Position numbers and translations under genes: made by a program
DNA from: Eledone cirrhosa
Lineage: Eukaryota
DNA length: 64,000 nucleotides
Assembly (NCBI GenBank): GCA_964016885.1
Contig: OZ024740.1
Coordinates: 177,010,001 to 177,074,000, forward strand
Direction: 5' to 3'
Shown here: positions 13,602-27,143 of the stretch, in pieces
Layout: every line of letters begins with the position of its first letter
Numbering within the stretch: the first letter of the stretch is position 1
Notes under the pieces: model-generated
Told to the model about the DNA's origin: nothing
The model's database searches: none
What the model saw: only the letters and a program-made list of their open reading frames with translations

Positions 13602-13962
13602 CAAACATGCGCTCATACATATACATGCACACATATAACCATATACCCAGGGACATATAATATACACATCGTTTGGTAACTGACGCATACCTCCGGCAAA
13701 ACTTCGACCAAGCAGCTTACTAAAAAAAAAAGAAAAAAGATTAAAAAAACGAAAAATGTGAAAACAAAAAAGTAAGATATACGTAAAGAAAGAAAAAATA
13801 ATATACAAAAGAAAACCACAACAGGAAAACAATAAATAAAGAAAAACACAATAAATGAATAGAAATATCACACTGCACGCAACTTCACTGACCGAATCTA
13901 ATAGCCAGGTAAGTTTATTGATATGCTTATGTTTTGTTTTTTGTACGTATACAACACTACGC

Positions 13963-14146
<184 letters not shown>

Positions 14147-14178
14147 TGTGTGTGTATGTGTGTATGTATGCATGTATG

Positions 14179-14222
<44 letters not shown>

Positions 14223-14367
14223 GGCACGTGCAAGTCTTATCAAGCGTCCAGCGTTTGACGGTGTCTTGTTTATTGTTGTCGTCTGAATACCAACAAAGGA
14301 ATCTAGTATCTTTTGTCTCTCTTGTGTTAGTGAATGAACTTAACTGAAACAAAGGCACATATATATA

Positions 14368-14423
<56 letters not shown>

Positions 14424-14451
14424 GTCTGTGTGTGTCTATATATATATATAT

Positions 14452-14501
14452 AATTAGCCGTCGAAACGGCTTGAGCTCTGCCGTCGGGGTTATACTTGTT
14501 C

Positions 14502-14503
<2 letters not shown>
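14452..14503 (+). mobile_element. Half-HHR mini-element (3274 family), 50-bp remnant
   Basis: AATTAGCCGTCGAAACGGCTTGAGCTCTGCCGTCGGGGT within (TA)n. Confidence 0.7.
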
Positions 14504-14561
<58 letters not shown>

Positions 14562-17070
14562 ATACAACGTTAGATACATAGAGTATTCATGCATACATTT
14601 GTGGGTGCAGTCACAGTTGTGTAGTTAAGTGGTTCACTTAGCATCTCCGTCGTTCTGTGTTCGACCTTAATGCGAGGAAACTTTTGCAAGTTCTTTCTAC
14701 CATAGCATGGGTTGCTCAAATCATTGTGAGGGCCAGTTACACGAATGCCCATATAGATGTTCTACTATGAAAACCATTTTAAGTTGCCCCTAGGAAAAAT
14801 GAAATAACCTTAAATGGAAAAATGAAATGTTATATATATACAGCAAACCTCTAAGCAGATTTAGCAGGTCTTCTACGAGATTGCATCTCATAGGCTGTTT
14901 CTCGGGTATTTTAATGATAAAGCCCTCCTACCATGAAAAAGATCATATGAAGTACCTCACTCAAAAACACAAAGCACCTCTCAGGCAAGGAATCGAACCT
15001 CATGAGCTTGATTCCAACGCACTAACCCCTAGGCTATATGCTTTCACAATCATCCTCTTTTTCAGTATTAACCTAACAATTTGAGAAATGTGGCTGGAAA
15101 CAGAAAATACTGGTGGCAAGTCTGTATTAAGAAACTGGAGAAAAATACGAGCAAGAGAATTAAAAAAGATCTTTCCACGGTTTCAACTCGCGTTTCATGA
15201 TCAAAGAATCTTATCAAGATACAGTCATGATAAATGGAAACATCAACAACATTGAGGAAGTAACCTCGAAAATATCCTCAACACTCACGAAACGCCAATA
15301 GATATCGAGATATCATCGAACAAAAGTTAGATACAAGTTACATCTCGTAATATCTGGTCATGTTTTCCGCCCCCCCCCCCCCCCAACTCTCGTTCGATCA
15401 ATTAAGTATCAGACAAAATAGTTGGATGGAAATAAAATCATAGAAGGCGATGCTGCAGTGTGACCGCAAGTGTGAACATTAAAGCAATTCAATTACCATC
15501 AGTTGTTAACATAATATCAAAGATAAAACAAATATACTTTACATTGGACGATATAATATATTTATGATTATTGAGAACTTGTTTTAACTATCCCAGTACT
15601 AATCTCAAATGGGCTGGAACGACACATCTAATTAGAAAATTGCAACTGCAACCCATACGTAAATATATGATCACCAAGTTGATTTTTACTTAGATGCATT
15701 AAGTCATATTAGTCATTAGAATATACACAAAAACAATTATACTCAATTTACTGTATTATTTTTTAAGTATATTCCTCCCTTCATCCCAATTTTCTTAGAG
15801 GCCATTTCTTTCCAATCTAAGCCATTACAAAAATGGTAAAACTCAAATTGTTTGATAAGAACGGTAAGTTATGTAAATGGTAATGGTGGGGATGGTGGTT
15901 GTAGTGGTGCTGGTGGTGTTTTTGTTGGGGATTGTGTTTGTGGTGGTTGTGGGGTGTGGTGGTATTGGTGGTGATTATGTTGATGTTTTGGCTGTACTCT
16001 TCCGTTTTCATGACAATAGGATATAATCTAAAGGATATTTAGCTGATAGTCTAAAGGATATTTAGCAAAAGTCCCACCTTCAGCTACATTATGACACAAT
16101 CAGCAAATTTAGTGGCTGTATTTATTTTGTTTATGAAATTAATCTGCTAACTATAGTCCAAACTATAAAGGACGAGAGCTACGTGAATATGTGTGCTCCT
16201 CGTCCTTTCATACGAATGCTATTAGATACCTTTGTCTGTAAAGCAAATGTAAGTCGTGAAATCGGACCACCAATATTTAACTTTCCTCAACAACACTCGC
16301 AACAATTTTGTTCTACTGAAATCTCAGTTGACCCAATGGCATTTCTTATGTAGCTAAAGGAGGATTGAAGAGATCATTGAATTGACACTCTATATAACTG
16401 GTACTTAATTTTTTATATCTAAGAAAGGAAAGACAAACTATAACAGAGAAAATTCATAAATAGCAGAAGATCCGAACCTAGAATGTAGAGCGACTAGATC
16501 CAGTAACACATGGCGCTCTACATAATATCAATTTAGCATTCATGAAACAACTATGATGATTTCAGATATATAAGCAAAAAGAAAAAAAAAGAGTAAAATA
16601 AATGACTTTAGCAGATATAGAAACTTGTTTAATGAGTACCAGTGTAGATAAAGTTGAACTGAAAGTTAATCTTGAGTTAGATTCGCCGACAAAGATATTC
16701 ATACAATGTTAACGTGCATTTTATTCGCTGTGATGTTCCATATAAATTCAGATAGAGTGGCATCAAGTTGGCTGGCTTGATAAAGGAAAACGCAAAGACA
16801 ATAGCCACCTTTGGATTTATTTAATAATTATCAATATGCATGATTAAAAAACAGTCAAAATTTAATGCCAATGAGTAACAGCTAGTGCATGTACCTCGTA
16901 GCTACTTTAATTTGACCAATAACTTACATTTGATAATGATGATAATAGCCTTAACGTTTCGGATATTACTCTCGCATCGAAAACAGAAAGAAGGCGCAAA
17001 CGAGAAGAAATAGAAAGATAGATAGACAATCTTAGGAGGAAACACGATTCTAGTAAGTCATCACTTATGA

Positions 17071-17134
<64 letters not shown>

Positions 17135-18386
17135 TATTTACGTATCGAGAGAGAGAAAAACAGCGGAGGATAGGTGATACATATAGTTATTTGCTAAGTA
17201 GCGTATGCCAAAGGTGCTCGATACTAGTGCCGGCAGTATTAAATATTCGAAGTGTTAATATTTAGTGGGCTAGAGAGTTAGCAGAGCGAAAGCACGTGGG
17301 AAAGTAAAAGATCGGAGAATAGACCGTTAAAACATGTTTATTTAAAACACCACCTACGTACGTTTCGCCCAGTTGGGCTTCTCAAGGGCATGAATAATCA
17401 AAAGTTTTCCTTACATTGCTCGGAAGGAGTTTTTGGGGTTAAATCCACGTAAAGGTTCATTGCTCGCAAAAATAGCTTGTTTTGATTTTGCAGCAGGTCA
17501 AGGGAGGTAACTCTGGCCGGTGTTAGGGCAGTCTTTCCCGGACACATTTTTTTATCCGCTACGAGATGAGGTTACAACCTTACCATTGTCGATACGCATG
17601 TAATCAACGCTTATTTTGAGAGTTTTTTTTTTTTGCCGCATATGTTTGTCTGAGTCGTTTGAGGCTGGGTCTGGTATGCAAGGATAGTTTCCTGGGTGTT
17701 ATTTTTCAGCACCTGCCCGCCGTCGGGGTGTTAAGACTTGTTGCAGGGAGATCCGGTGCACGGTTTCACTCCTCATCCTTAACCCATCTGAAGAAGGATA
17801 TTTTTAAGCGATGTGTGAAACTTATCGCTGTTTCAGCTCTGCTGTTGATGAGCTGGTGGGGTGTAGTTATGATGTGGTAGAGCTCAATGAGGCAAAGATC
17901 GCATTTCCTCTTGAAGTTGTACGGTGCAGCCCTGCCGACATTATCCCAGTGCGTGGAGAAGCTGATGTTTAAGTCCTTTAGTGATGTAGTCCGCAAGCGA
18001 AGTGGAGTGTCTTAGTTTTTTATTTGTGAAAGTGTGGATATGTGTTCGAAAACTAATTTTGAACGGGCCGCAGGTAGCCCCTATATAATGTTTAACGCTA
18101 TTGTGGCTAGTTATAGTTCATCTATATATAACCCTATCAGTCAAGCAGTATCCTCTAAGGGGGAAGCGTCCTCCGTCGCGGCAGTTGCAATTTCTATCGC
18201 GGTTCCGTCTATTTCCCACGGTAAAGCTATCATTGTTGCTGCCTCCGTTGTTACCCACGCTACCGCAGCTCTCGTTAGCACCATTACAACCCACAGCACG
18301 CGGGGTGGTGCGATTGTTATTCCGCACATCATGTCCTGCATGTTCCCCAGTCATTTCGCGGTTATGCTGGTTGCGTCTGCGGATGT

Positions 18387-19247
18387 GTGGCCTCCAACAT
18401 ACCCCGGATGTTCTTCGAAGCCTTAGAGAAGAACTTGCCACCCAACCATAGGTATAGAAAAATTCTTAATAGGAACAATATAAACATATCCTTCTCTACT
18501 ACTCCTAACCTAGCAGACATCATAGGAACAACGAACCACAGTAAGATCACCAAGACACAGCACCTCGACACAGACGCACCTACACCTGACAATAACTATA
18601 TCGGCCTTAAAAAATCCCTGGCAGCATCCAATAGTTTTGGCAACGGCATCCGCAGACGCAACCAGCATAACCGCGAAATGACTGGGGAACATGCAGGACA
18701 TGACGTGCGGAATAAAAATCGCACCACCCCGCGTGCTGTAGGTTGCAATGGTGCTAACGACAGCTGCGTTAGCGTGGGTAACAACGTAGGCAGCAACAAT
18801 GATAGCCTTACCTTGGGAAATAGACGGAACCGCGACAGAAATTGCAACTGCCGCGACAGAGGACGCTGCCCCCTTAGAGGATACTGCTTGACTGATAGGG
18901 TTATATATAGATGCACTATAACTAGCCACACTAGCTCCGGCCCGTTCAAAATTAGGTTTCGAACACATCTCCACTCATTCACAAATAAAAAACTAAGACA
19001 CTCCACTTCGCTCGCGGACTACATCACATCACTAAAGGACTTAAACATCAGCTTCTCCACGCACTGGGATATTGTCGGCAGGGCTGCACCGTACAACTTC
19101 AAGAGGAAATGCGATCTCTGCCTCATGGAGCTCTACCACATCATAACTGCACCCCACGAGCTCATCAACAGCTGAGCTGAAACAGCGATAAATTGAACAC
19201 ATCGCTTAAAAATATTCTTCTTCAGATGGGTTAAGGATGAGGAGTGA
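18387..19247 (+). pseudogene. PLE ORF C-terminus: RT thumb/linker plus GIY-YIG endonuclease
   Basis: NIPRMFFEALEKNLPPNHRYRKILNRNNINISFSTTPN, CNCR..CPLRGYCL..VIY, FK.RF.TH..SF, TSLADYI, WDI, CDLCL.E. The YIG motif is deleted here but present in the inverted arm (HNSVKHYIGATCGPFK, about 18056-18105, minus). Two late TGA stops. Confidence 0.85.
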
Positions 19248-19618
19248 AACCGTGCACCGGATCTCCCTGCAACAAGTCTTAACACCCCGGCGGGCAGGCG
19301 CTGCAAAATAACACACAGGAAACTATCCTTGCATACCAGACCCAGCCTCAAACGATTCAGACAAACATATTCGGCAAAAAAAAAACTCTCAAATTGAGCG
19401 TTGATTACATGCGTATCGACAATGGTAAGGTTGTAACCTCATCTCGTAGCGGATAAAAAAATGTGTCCGGGAAAGACTGCCCTAACACGGGCCAGAGTTA
19501 CCTCCCTTGACCTGCTGCAAAATCAAAACAAGCTATTTTTGCGAGCAATGAACCTTTACGTGGATTTAACCCCAAAAACTCCTTCCGAGCAATGTAAGGA
19601 AAACTTTTGATTATTCAT

Positions 19619-19657
19619 GCCCTTGAGAAGCCCAACTGGGCGAAACGTACGTAGGTG
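19619..19657 (+). ncRNA. Minimal type I HHR-like motif with U3/A8 core, in PLE 3' UTR
   Basis: GCCC-TTGAGAA-GCCC AACT GGGC-GAAA-CGTACG-TA-GGTG, then AATAAA at 19666. The motif is identical in the inverted arm (about 17351-17389, minus). Stem I is short. Confidence 0.6.
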
Positions 19658-19717
19658 GTGTTTTAAATAAACATGTTTTAACGGTCTATTCTCCGATCTC
19701 TTACTTTCCCACGTACA

Positions 19718-20049
<332 letters not shown>

Positions 20050-20919
20050 ACAGTGTTATATGAATATATGAGAAAGATACTATTAGTCAGTTGGTTCTAA
20101 TCAGATATTGTGAACACGAGTGTTTAGGCCTATACTCGTTGAAATAAGAAGAGGGCCTCTTAGGAAATAATATTCACACAATCCACTGCAACGAAAATAT
20201 TTCGCAATTACATAGTCGTCTCTTGCCGCTTACAACGGTTAAGTTGCATCTCAGCTTGACAAGTATTTACAACACGGTAGGGGTTTGTTAGCGACAAATT
20301 TGTGTTTTGGGCATTGTGATAGCGCAATGCCATTATGGGGATACGCTAAAGTTAACCTTTTAGTTTGCAAGGTAGGCACACAGCTACGTCAACCAGCTGC
20401 TATTCTAAATAATACATAATACATATGTACATTCACACATACACACGTATCTACGTATACATATACACACAGATGCATATATATATATATGAGTAGAAGG
20501 GATATTTCATTTGTTGGAAATACAACAAATATAAATGTTCATAATTGATTCAGAGCACTCGACAAGTTTCTGGAGTAAATATTCAATGCAATTAAAAGCA
20601 GCATATCATCACGATATATACATAATTTCGTATATACATATATATATATAAATGGAAGGTATGGAAAATATTGTAGCAAAAAGCCAACAGTATTCCATAA
20701 TATATAAGTGACTATAGCGTCAAAATGGGAAAAATAGTTAACATAAGATGTGGGAAAAATAATTCAAACTCAACTCAAAGAGAATCAGGATATAGATTCA
20801 TCCAAAGAATTTAGTGAAATCCAGGGAAAAATCAATAGAGCCTTAACTCACGATAAAATAAAGTTTAAAATACTCATCCTACAATTTGGAAAAAACATCA
20901 AATGCTCTGTATAGTCTTG

Positions 20920-21960
20920 AGTGTATTTTGCAATACACTGTATGCTTAATTAAAAGCATTTCGAAGACCTTATGCTATTGTTTTAGAGTAGTGATAGTCT
21001 CACTTACTTTAATTTTCAGCAAACAGGGGAGATAAAGCCGACAGGGCGATGTTTCGCATTTGTTGATGCTTATCAAAGCTAACTACTCCCCCTGTTTGCC
21101 GAAAATCATGGATGCTTAATTCTTATAGAATTCTAGTAAATAATCAGGAACTGATTATATAGAGCGATTGCCGGTCAAGCAGAAATTGAAAATTAGAATT
21201 GGTGCTCTGAAAAAATATGCTGTTTGCTGAAAATTAAAGTAAGTGAGACTATCACTACTCTAAAACAATAGGATAAGGTCTTCGAAATGCTTTTAATTAA
21301 GCATACAGTGTATTGCAAAATACACTATATATACATTAATATATATATAGCTATTTCAGAGCACCAATTCTAATTTTCAATTTCTGCTTGACCGGCAACC
21401 GCTCTGTATAATCAGTTCCTGATTATTTACTAGAATTCTATAAGAATCAAACATCCATGATTTTCGGCAAACAGGGGAGTAGTTAGCCTTGATAAGCATC
21501 AACAAATGCAAAACATGGCCCTGTCGGCTTTATCTCCCCTGTTTGCTGAAAATTAAAGTAAGTGAGACTATCACTATTCTAAAACAATAGCATAAGGTCT
21601 TCGAAATGCTTTTAATTAAACATACAGTGTATTGCAAAATACACTATATATACATTCATATATATATAGCTATTTCAGAGCACCAATTCTAATTTTCAAT
21701 TTTTGCTTGACCGGCAACCGCTCTGTATAATCAGTTCCTGATTATTTACTAGAATTCTATAAGAATCAAACATCCATGATTTTCGGCAAACAGGGGAGTA
21801 GTTAGCCTTGATAAGCATCAACAAATGCAAAACATCGCCCTGTCGGCTTTATCTCCCCTGTTTGCTGAAAATTAAAGTAAGTGAGACTATCACTACTCTA
21901 AAACAATAGCATAAGGTCTTCGAAATGCTTTTAATTAAGCATACAGTGTATTGCAAAATA
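20920..21960. mobile_element. Retrozyme-like 319-bp monomer array (subfamily B): one inverted copy plus ~2.3 direct tandem copies
   Basis: CTATTTCAGAGCACC at 21351 and 21670 (period 319). 20920-21212 is the inverted monomer. One HHR per monomer and no ORF. Confidence 0.85.
21036..21080 (-). ncRNA. Type I hammerhead ribozyme, U3-A8 core variant, extended stem I
   Basis: AGCT-TTGATAA-GCAT CAACAA ATGC-GAAA-CA TCGCCC TG-TC-GGCT, enclosed by a ~19-bp stem TTTTCGGCAAACAGGGG(G)AG/CTCCCCTGTTTGCTGAAAA. The direct copies at 21485-21529 and 21804-21848 have GAAA changed to AAAA. Confidence 0.75.
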
Positions 21961-23644
21961 TAAATAATTTTATTGCTTATTTTAAGATTTACTTCTTTAA
22001 AATTTTCAAATGTCAATAGTTCCGGTTAGCGATCGCTTATATAAACTTTCATATATTTCCGTCACTAATATTTTTTCCTAATGCAGTTTATATATAATAT
22101 GGTCTTTTTTTTAATGTATCATGGGTTACTTTATTGATTACACAAGAGAGTGTAATGCAGACTTCGTTATATTTCTGTGCATATTGTCAATTACGATTTT
22201 TTTGATGTATCATATCTACATGTATATATATATTAGCGTATAATATCAATATGCACACTACAAATGGCAGCAGAAAACCACCCGATGGGTGGTTTTTCTG
22301 CTAGTATACATAATATATCTAGTAGAATCGTTAGAGCATTGGACAAATGTCTTCTGTGAAGGTCAACTTAGCTTTCATCCTTCAGTGATGGATAGAATAT
22401 AGTAACATATTCTAATGGATCGACTCAATTTAGCCGTCACCAATATTTGTGTTTCAGCCCTTGTTAGAAACATTTCCTGAGAAAATTCAACATGAATTAC
22501 TTATGTAATTGTCTGTAAAACCTATAACCACCGTAACTCTTGATGATGCATTGCCGGTTCAAGACATATTTCTCTAACAAACCAATGGACATCGGAACCA
22601 GACGTGGAATCGTGAGAGTGCATATGATGGTAGGGTCGACTTATGGAGGAATACCCGGCGTTCTGTAACATTCAAAAGTCATGAAAAAGGCGACTTCGCT
22701 GAAATATTTAGATTATGTGGATGAATGGTTTTAATTAACTAATTCTGAAACAAATTCGTCTAACTCTGTCGTTGCCATATTCCACAGCTTATAATTGACA
22801 AATAATTAGGAATTTTGAGAGATTTAGTAAAATAACTAATCTTAGTAGTTATGAGGCATTTGGAGCATAACATTACAAAGGTGATTACATAAATCTACGA
22901 AGGTAAATATTTAAACATTTGGCATAATTTTTCAACAAAGATTCTATCCTCCAGAAAAGGGGCAGTTTAAGGTAGATTGGTATTAAAATTGTTAATAAAT
23001 ATTTACACCGGAACGGCTTTCTATTATAATTTTTTGTTTGTATATCTGAAAATTACTACATTCGCCTTGTTTTCTCATGTTTATGGGAGAGAGAGAGAGA
23101 GAGATTCCAAGATTTAAAGGAAGCTGCGTAATGTGTTAATGGATGCACTGAAATATGTAAACAACCATCTACTGTTATTTTAATGTATAACTTCGTAGAC
23201 AAATAAAGAGTGAGAGATCGGATTCAAGTTTCGGCTTTTAATAGGGACCCGACAGAAACCATATATATTCTTATCTCCTTACAGAGAAATGCACAAATAA
23301 TAGGTTCGCCACATATGGAAATATTAAATAGGAAATTCTAATATGCATAATATTAGCAATTTAGCTCGTAGTACTTCAGTTAAACTGTTGAAATATCAAA
23401 TAAGCATGTGTATGTACTGAAAGAGTAGAAATATTATTCATAGTCATATATGCACTAAATAGGATCACTTACTTGGCGTTTCTTTATCATAGATATGATT
23501 GAATTGGAAGTCAACTATTTGATTAAGTTGATCCCTTTTCCTATCAGCTAGGTTAACTGGGACATATTCGATTAAGTGCTTTGTTAAAAAATTGCAACGG
23601 AGCACCTGCATTGACTGTGAATACATGATCTACCTGTCTATCTG

Positions 23645-23698
<54 letters not shown>

Positions 23699-23987
23699 GC
23701 CTTCACTCTACATCAGACTATAGGTGAGGAAGATGAAAGACCAAGGGAGCACCCCTTCTCTGTGCTCCTGAGGAGAAGGGTTGCACACTTTTTTCGGGGG
23801 TGTGTGCGACCCCCCAAGGCGCCTCCTCTCTATTGATGACTTTATTATAAATTTTATTTTTTGTTATATTTTATTTTATTTTTATATATTGTTATTGCCT
23901 CCTCCTTATTGAGGACGCCTTGTTTTGTAAACTCCCCCCATTGTACTTGTCCCACTTTTGATGCCCTGGTGGCAAATAAAAGAAACA
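23699..23987 (+). mobile_element. Tx1/L1-type LINE, 3' end only (copy 1)
   Basis: Last codons SLYIRL* plus a 3' UTR nearly identical to copies 4 and 6. Ends AATAAAAGAAACA then (TATC)n. Confidence 0.9.
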
Positions 23988-24016
23988 TATCTATCTATCT
24001 ATCTATCTATCTATCT

Positions 24017-26522
24017 AAAAGTGGCAACAAGTCCACGATTCGGTCTTTGAAGGACCAAAACGGATGCGTGATACGTGAGCCGAAGCAGATGTGTGCGGCC
24101 TTTCAGCGGCACTATGCTCAACTGTTCGGGCGGGGCGGCGCGCCGGGAGGGGCTATGGATTTCGGTCCATACCTGGACGGCCTACCGCGACTCTCGGACA
24201 GCGAGGCAAAGTTCTGCGAAAAGCCGATTTCAGCCCATGAGATAGGGGACGCGCTGAGCCAATGCGGCAAACGCAAATCTCCAGGTCTCGACGGTCTACC
24301 CTACGAATTTTACGTAGCAATGTCGGACTTATTCTCCAGTCTCCTGGAAGCTGTCTACTGCAACTGGCAACAGAACGGGAGAATTCCCAGTTCTGTAACC
24401 GGGGGCGTGGTCACACTAGTCAGGAAGGACGAGAATAAGGGGGATGACATAGGCAACTTCAGGCCCATAACTCTGCTAAACACAGAGTTACACATTTTGG
24501 CCAAGGTGTTGGCAAAGAGGCTGGCGCTTGTCGTCGAGAACCTGGTGGGAGAAGCGCAGACATGCGCAATCCCGACCAGGTGCATACACGACAACCTCCA
24601 CCTCATGCGATACATCATAGAGAGGGTAGGGTGCAAACCCGGCTTCAGTGGGGCCCTGATCAACTTGGATCAGTCTAAGGCTTTCGATAGGGTTGACCAT
24701 CGTTACCTGGATGCGGTGCTCGAGGCGGCAGGCTTCGGACCCGTGTTCAGGGGCTGGATTGTTGCAATGCACAACAGCAACATCTGCTCAAGGGTCAAGG
24801 TGAACGGCTACCTCTCGGAGCCGTACCATATTACGCGATCCATTCGACAGGGATGCCCTCTCTCCTCCCTTCTGTACGTACTGACTCTCGAGCCACTACT
24901 GCGGAAGTTGGAGCTATTGCAGGGCATCCCTCTGGAACCGGAACTGCGGAAAGCGGCGTCGGCCTACGCCGACGACGTCACAGTGATGGTGTCGGGCGCC
25001 TCGCAAATCTAGGAAGTCGGCACCTTACTGAAGGAATACGAAAGTTTCACAGGAGCGAAGCTGAACCGGGACATGTCCATCGGTTTGCGACTCGGATCGT
25101 GAAGAGGCAAACCGATGCCTTCCGATGGCGTCGTCGGACGCTGGACGGAAGGACCGGTAAAGCTGCTCGGGGTCTGGTTTGGTACGGACCTCCAGGTGGA
25201 GAAGAACTGGAACGAAGTGACGACCAAGGTATTTGCACTCACCCAAAAGTGGGCCGAGTGCAAACTATCCTTGAAAGGTCGAGCGGAGGTGGCGAACACT
25301 TTTATAGCGTCTGCCATCTACTACCGCTTGACCGTCGTGCCTTGTCCAGCCAAAACGCTCGTCAAAATGGAGTGCGCGCTCTTCCAGCTCCCTTGGAAGA
25401 GGGGGGCTGGGGATGCCTTGGTTGACGATGCGCAAACACGCGCTCAGTCTGCGGCATCTCTACGTATTCCTCACCGGACAACCGGTGTGGGCCCCGTTCG
25501 TGAGGCGAGCCTTCCCACGACTCGTCTCGCTGACCGAGCTGCAGTCCTGGGTAAAGCAAAGCCCGAGGAAAATGGGCGACTGGCACATCGAATGTGCTCA
25601 GGCGCTCACAGCCCTCTGGCAGGCGGACCCGACGATCAGTGGAGACTCCACTTCGTCATTCTATAGAGGGTTGATCCGCAGCAAGTGCGACGACGCGCTC
25701 GGTGAAACTCTAGGCGTAGAGGAAGATGAACTTGCCAGTCTGTTCGGTAGGACCTTTCGCCCGGGACCGATGGACAACTTCCAAAAGTCCCTGGCCTGGC
25801 AGTGCTACCGAGGAGCTCTACCAGACATGGGCGCCCGGGCAGAAACCCTGCGAAAAAGATCTGTCCGAGGTGCGTGCGTAACGAAGAAACCGTCGCGCAT
25901 GCATTCATACACTGCCCGGGCGTCACTGACCTGTGGGGCTATGTAGAACGACTATTGTCGCGGGTGGGACCAATCCAGTTGACCACCAAGTCCATTGTCA
26001 TGATCAAACCGCCACCCTCCTTCAAAAACGAAGGAGAGGCGGTTTTCCTTTGTGTGATAGCTATAGCGAAAGATGTTGTATGGTGGACAAGGTTGAAAGG
26101 GCTGAGGTCAGACACCTTTCTCTCCGGCCAACAACTGATGCTTTTTTTCAAATACCACTTCACTTTGGAAGAAGAATCGGGATGGCGAGAGAGGTGCTGT
26201 ACCCCAGCAAGTTTTATGAAAGGTGGGTGAAAATGGCGAGAATGGCCCGAGTGAATGGGCCTTCTCTCTATATCAGCCTGTAGGTTGAGGAAAAGGAGGA
26301 AGAGAGGAAAGGAGTACAAACTCTTCGTACTCCTGGAGATGAGGGTTGCACATTTTTTCGGGGGTATGTGTTACCCATATGAATTGTCTCCCCCTATTGG
26401 GGAAAATCGACTAACTTTTTAAATTGCATTTGTGATAACATTTTACACGTTTTTATTGTATGTAAACTTCCCCCTTTGTATTTGTCCCCTTCTTTTGTGC
26501 CCCTATGGCTAATAAAGAAACA
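24017..26522 (+). mobile_element. Tx1/L1-type LINE, 5'-truncated ORF2 with stops and frameshifts (copy 2)
   Basis: KSPGLDGLP, NFRPITLLN, LDQSKAFDRVDH, SIRQGCPLS, YADD, WQCYRGALP, CPRC..ETVAHAFIHC (zf-RVT). Distinct 3' UTR subfamily, bounded by (TATC)n. Confidence 0.92.
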
Positions 26523-26551
26523 TATCTATCTATCTATCTATCTATCTATCA

Positions 26552-26586
<35 letters not shown>

Positions 26587-27074
26587 AAACACGAAAGAGA
26601 GGTGGTTTTCCTCTGTACAGTGGCTATGGTGAAAGAGGTTATATGGTGGACGAGATTGAGAGGACTGAGAACAGATGCCTTTCTCTCCAGACAACAATTG
26701 ATTCCCTTCTTTAAGTATCACTTTAGGAGGAGAATCAGTGTGGAGAGAGAGGCACTGCACCCCAGTTAATTTACTGAAAGGTGGGTGAATGAAGCGAAAA
26801 TGGCCCGAGTGTTTGGGCCTTCTCTGTTTATAAGCCTGTAGGTTAAAGAAGAGAGAAAAAGGAAGAAATGAGCACTTGCACAACACGCTCCTGAAGTTGA
26901 GGGTTGTTCTATCGACGGGGTATTAAACAACCCATTTGTGGCGTCTCCCCCTATTGGGGACTTCGATTGTTATAATTGTTTGTTTCAATATTATATACAC
27001 GACTGTATGTAAAATCCCTGGTATGTGTCTTTGTATTGTTCTTTTCTTGTGCGCCCTTGTGGAAAATAAAGAAA
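26587..27074 (+). mobile_element. Tx1/L1-type LINE 3' fragment, third subfamily (copy 3)
   Basis: VVFLCTVAMVKEVIWWTRLRGLR...FFKYHFRRRI, ending AATAAAGAAA then (TCTA)n. Confidence 0.85.
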
Positions 27075-27095
27075 TCTATCTATCTATCTACTATG

Positions 27096-27141
<46 letters not shown>

Positions 27142-27143
<2 letters not shown>

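Larger units (their letters stand above)
17132..19714. mobile_element. Penelope-like element (probably Hydra-type), 5'-truncated, as a 2.4-kb inverted duplication
   Basis: 17294-18385 is the reverse complement of 18647-19714, with the junction near 18385. The left arm carries an extra ~160-bp 3' tail. (TA)n on both sides. Confidence 0.9.

Noticed and set aside
18118-19200. Selenocysteine recoding in the PLE endonuclease (TGA at Cys-equivalent positions, as in Naiad PLEs)
   Set aside because: Each TGA is present in only one arm (TGC or TTC in the other), and another TGA replaces Arg. This fits random decay, and I saw no SECIS.
20920-21960. CRISPR-like array
   Set aside because: Whole 319-bp units repeat with no unique spacers, the context is eukaryotic, and there are no cas genes.
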